The translations under genes and the position numbers were made by a program. A stretch of DNA of 64,000 bases. Origin: Octopus sinensis. Taxonomy: Eukaryota. Under the pieces are notes generated by a model. The model ran no database searches. It was given only the letters and a program-made list of their open reading frames with translations, and was not told the origin of the DNA. The stretch covers positions 10,974,001-11,038,000 of the forward strand of contig NC_043011.1 of the NCBI RefSeq assembly GCF_006345805.1, read 5' to 3'. Positions 62,200 to 64,000 of this stretch are shown here, one piece after another. How positions within the stretch are numbered: position 1 is the stretch's first letter; every line of letters begins with the position of its first letter.

Positions 62200-63480
62200 A
62201 CCATATTGGATAAAGGTGTTGCATGTCTTTTGTTCTTATCACTAAATGTGGCCAAATGTTGCATATATCTTTCCTTGAAGGTATTTCCAATCATTCTAAT
62301 ATGTTTTTATTGTTCCATCCATGTTAGTGATGTTGGTCTTGTGCACTAGTTCTTTTGCCAGGATCACACTGTTCAGGGGACAGTTACTGAGGGATCTACA
62401 ATTGCAAGATCTGAGGAGGTGTTCCTAATATTATTATTCTTATTGCGATCTTATGTCGGAGAAGGCAACTATAGCTAACTTTAAGTGTATTTCTATTAAA
62501 ATTATGATATTTATGTGAGTGCAGTAAGTGGTTGTGTGTGAGTTTCATAAATTGTCTAGCTATATTTGTAGTCACATTCATGCTGTAAGGAGGATTATAC
62601 TATAATATTTTCCTACAGTTCTATATCTAAGAGATGAGGAATTATGTACACTATTTACCTTTTGATGGATATTTGTTCTCATTGTCTTTGTTGTTAACAC
62701 AACATTTTGGCTGATATACCCTACAAGCCTTCATCAAGTGTCTTGGGGAAATTTCGAACCTGGGTTCCCATTCCTAAGGTATTTTTCAATGTGATTATTA
62801 TTATTATTCAGGTCAGTGCCTGGAATTGAACTTGGAATATTGGGGTTAGTAGCCCGCACTCTTAACCATTATGACATATGCCCACAGGCATATGGCATAG
62901 TGGTTAAGAGCACAGACTACTAACCCCAAGATTCCAAGTTCAATTCTAGGCACTGACCTAAATAATAACAACATCAAAAAATACCTTAGGAATGGGAACC
63001 CAGGTTTGAAATTTCCCCAAGACACTTGATGAAGGCTGGGGTGTATATCAGCTGAAACGTTACCAACAAATAAGATGAGGACAAATATCTGTCAAATGTA
63101 AATAATAAATATTTTCCTATGTCTATGTTCTTTCGACCTATCTACACTTGGTGTAATATAGGTTATAATGTTCTTAAGATTCAACCTTTCCAATGCAGTG
63201 TTATAATATGAGGCTGCCTTTTTTGAAAGTTACTTCAACATGATTTCCATTGCTCTTAACTAATTGTTCAATTATTGACAAAAGATCGTTAGAGCCACTG
63301 TCTATATAGAAGATATCCTTATTTAGTCAATGCAAACTTTTAAATTTGCCCGTACTAAGATTCATATTAATGCCCAGGAAATCAAATTATTTAAGACTCA
63401 TGCTGATTGTAGATTTTAGGTTGAGCTGACTATATATTTTGCATAATTTCTTTCTTATCTTATCCATATCATAGGCTGTT
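62200..63480 (-). mobile_element. Decayed Penelope-like element (RT end, linker, GIY-YIG) split by the palindromic insertion
   Basis: FDFLGINMNL (63120-63480), then HRKIL|YNPPYSMNVTTNIAR...FNRNTLKVSYSC, then CNCRS...FKERY..H...LSNMVWTL (62200-62603). Confidence 0.75.
62616..63107. mobile_element. Head-to-head palindromic element: two tRNA-derived units, each with a minimal hammerhead-like motif
   Basis: Centre catatgcc-caca-ggcatatg (62875-62894); A box TGGCATAGTGG and B box GTTCAATTC in the arms; 12-bp TSD aatattttccta at 62604-62615 and 63108-63119. Confidence 0.85.
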
Positions 63481-63679
63481 TTTATAATGAACTATTCCTA
63501 GACCACTGTCCTTATATAATCTTATGCTGGCATCTTCTTTTTCAGGATATGTAGGATGTAGAAGCCAACCAGATTTGCTACTTCTGCTCCATCATGGCTC
63601 CTCAGACTTACATCAAATAGTTCATCTCCATTCTTTTTCACTCAATAGATATTCTCATGAAAAAGCAATAATTTCCTTG

Positions 63680-64000
63680 CATTCATCATCATCATCATCG
63701 TTTAACGTCCGTTCTCCATGCTAGCATGGGTTGGACGGTTCAACCGGGAATCTGGGAAGTCAGAAGGCTGCACCAGGCTCCAGTCTTATCTGGCAATGTT
63801 TCTACAGCTGGATGCCCTTCCTAACGCCAACCACTCCGTGAGTGTAGTGGGTGCTTTTTACGTGCCTCCTGCACAGGTGCCAGGCAAGGCTGGCAATAGC
63901 CATGGTCGGATTGGTGCATTTTACGTGCCACCGGCACGGAAGCCAGTCGAGGCGGCACTGGCATCGGCCACGATTCGGATGGTGCTTTTTACATGCCACC
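63680..64000 (-). mobile_element. RTE 3' UTR repeat with (CAT)n tail and tandem subunits, running off the window
   Basis: Family motifs intact. Confidence 0.85.

Noticed and set aside
60340-64000. Further upstream COPB1 exons (e.g. the GTYATQSA segment)
   Set aside because: Searched by eye and not found; the coding-like stretches here match RTE, Penelope or other TE relics, so the next exon is presumably beyond the window.

Overview
Eukaryotic, repeat-dense genomic DNA. It is most likely from an octopus, inferred from the SINE/LINE families and (TA)n/(CA)n/(ATT)n microsatellites; the species cannot be confirmed from the sequence alone. It contains two convergent, intron-rich host genes. (1) A Regnase-1/MCPIP (ZC3H12 family) ribonuclease on the + strand with 5 coding exons, join(8372-8904, 23341-23480, 24288-24522, 25198-25427, 26172-27400) = 2367 nt, 788 aa. 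(2) The 3' part of coatomer subunit beta (COPB1) on the - strand, 10 exons from 60338 down to the stop at 35798; its earlier exons lie beyond the window. The rest is mostly transposable elements: a nearly complete Tx1/L1-like LINE (1-4548) and a second decayed copy, RTE, CR1 and Penelope-like fragments, a full-length mariner, piggyBac and Tc1/mariner relics, several MITE families and many tRNA-derived SINEs. The most unusual items are: a palindromic element made of two tRNA-headed units that each carry a minimal hammerhead-ribozyme-like motif, with a 12-bp target duplication; a TTAA-MITE forming tandem arrays with an identical 23-nt spacer at two loci 32 kb apart; and an RTE family with a C4HC3 PHD-type finger inserted inside the reverse transcriptase domain. 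Exon boundaries and TSD/TIR coordinates were read base by base. Most other repeat boundaries are approximate (about +/-20 nt), and family names come from recalled motifs, not database searches.
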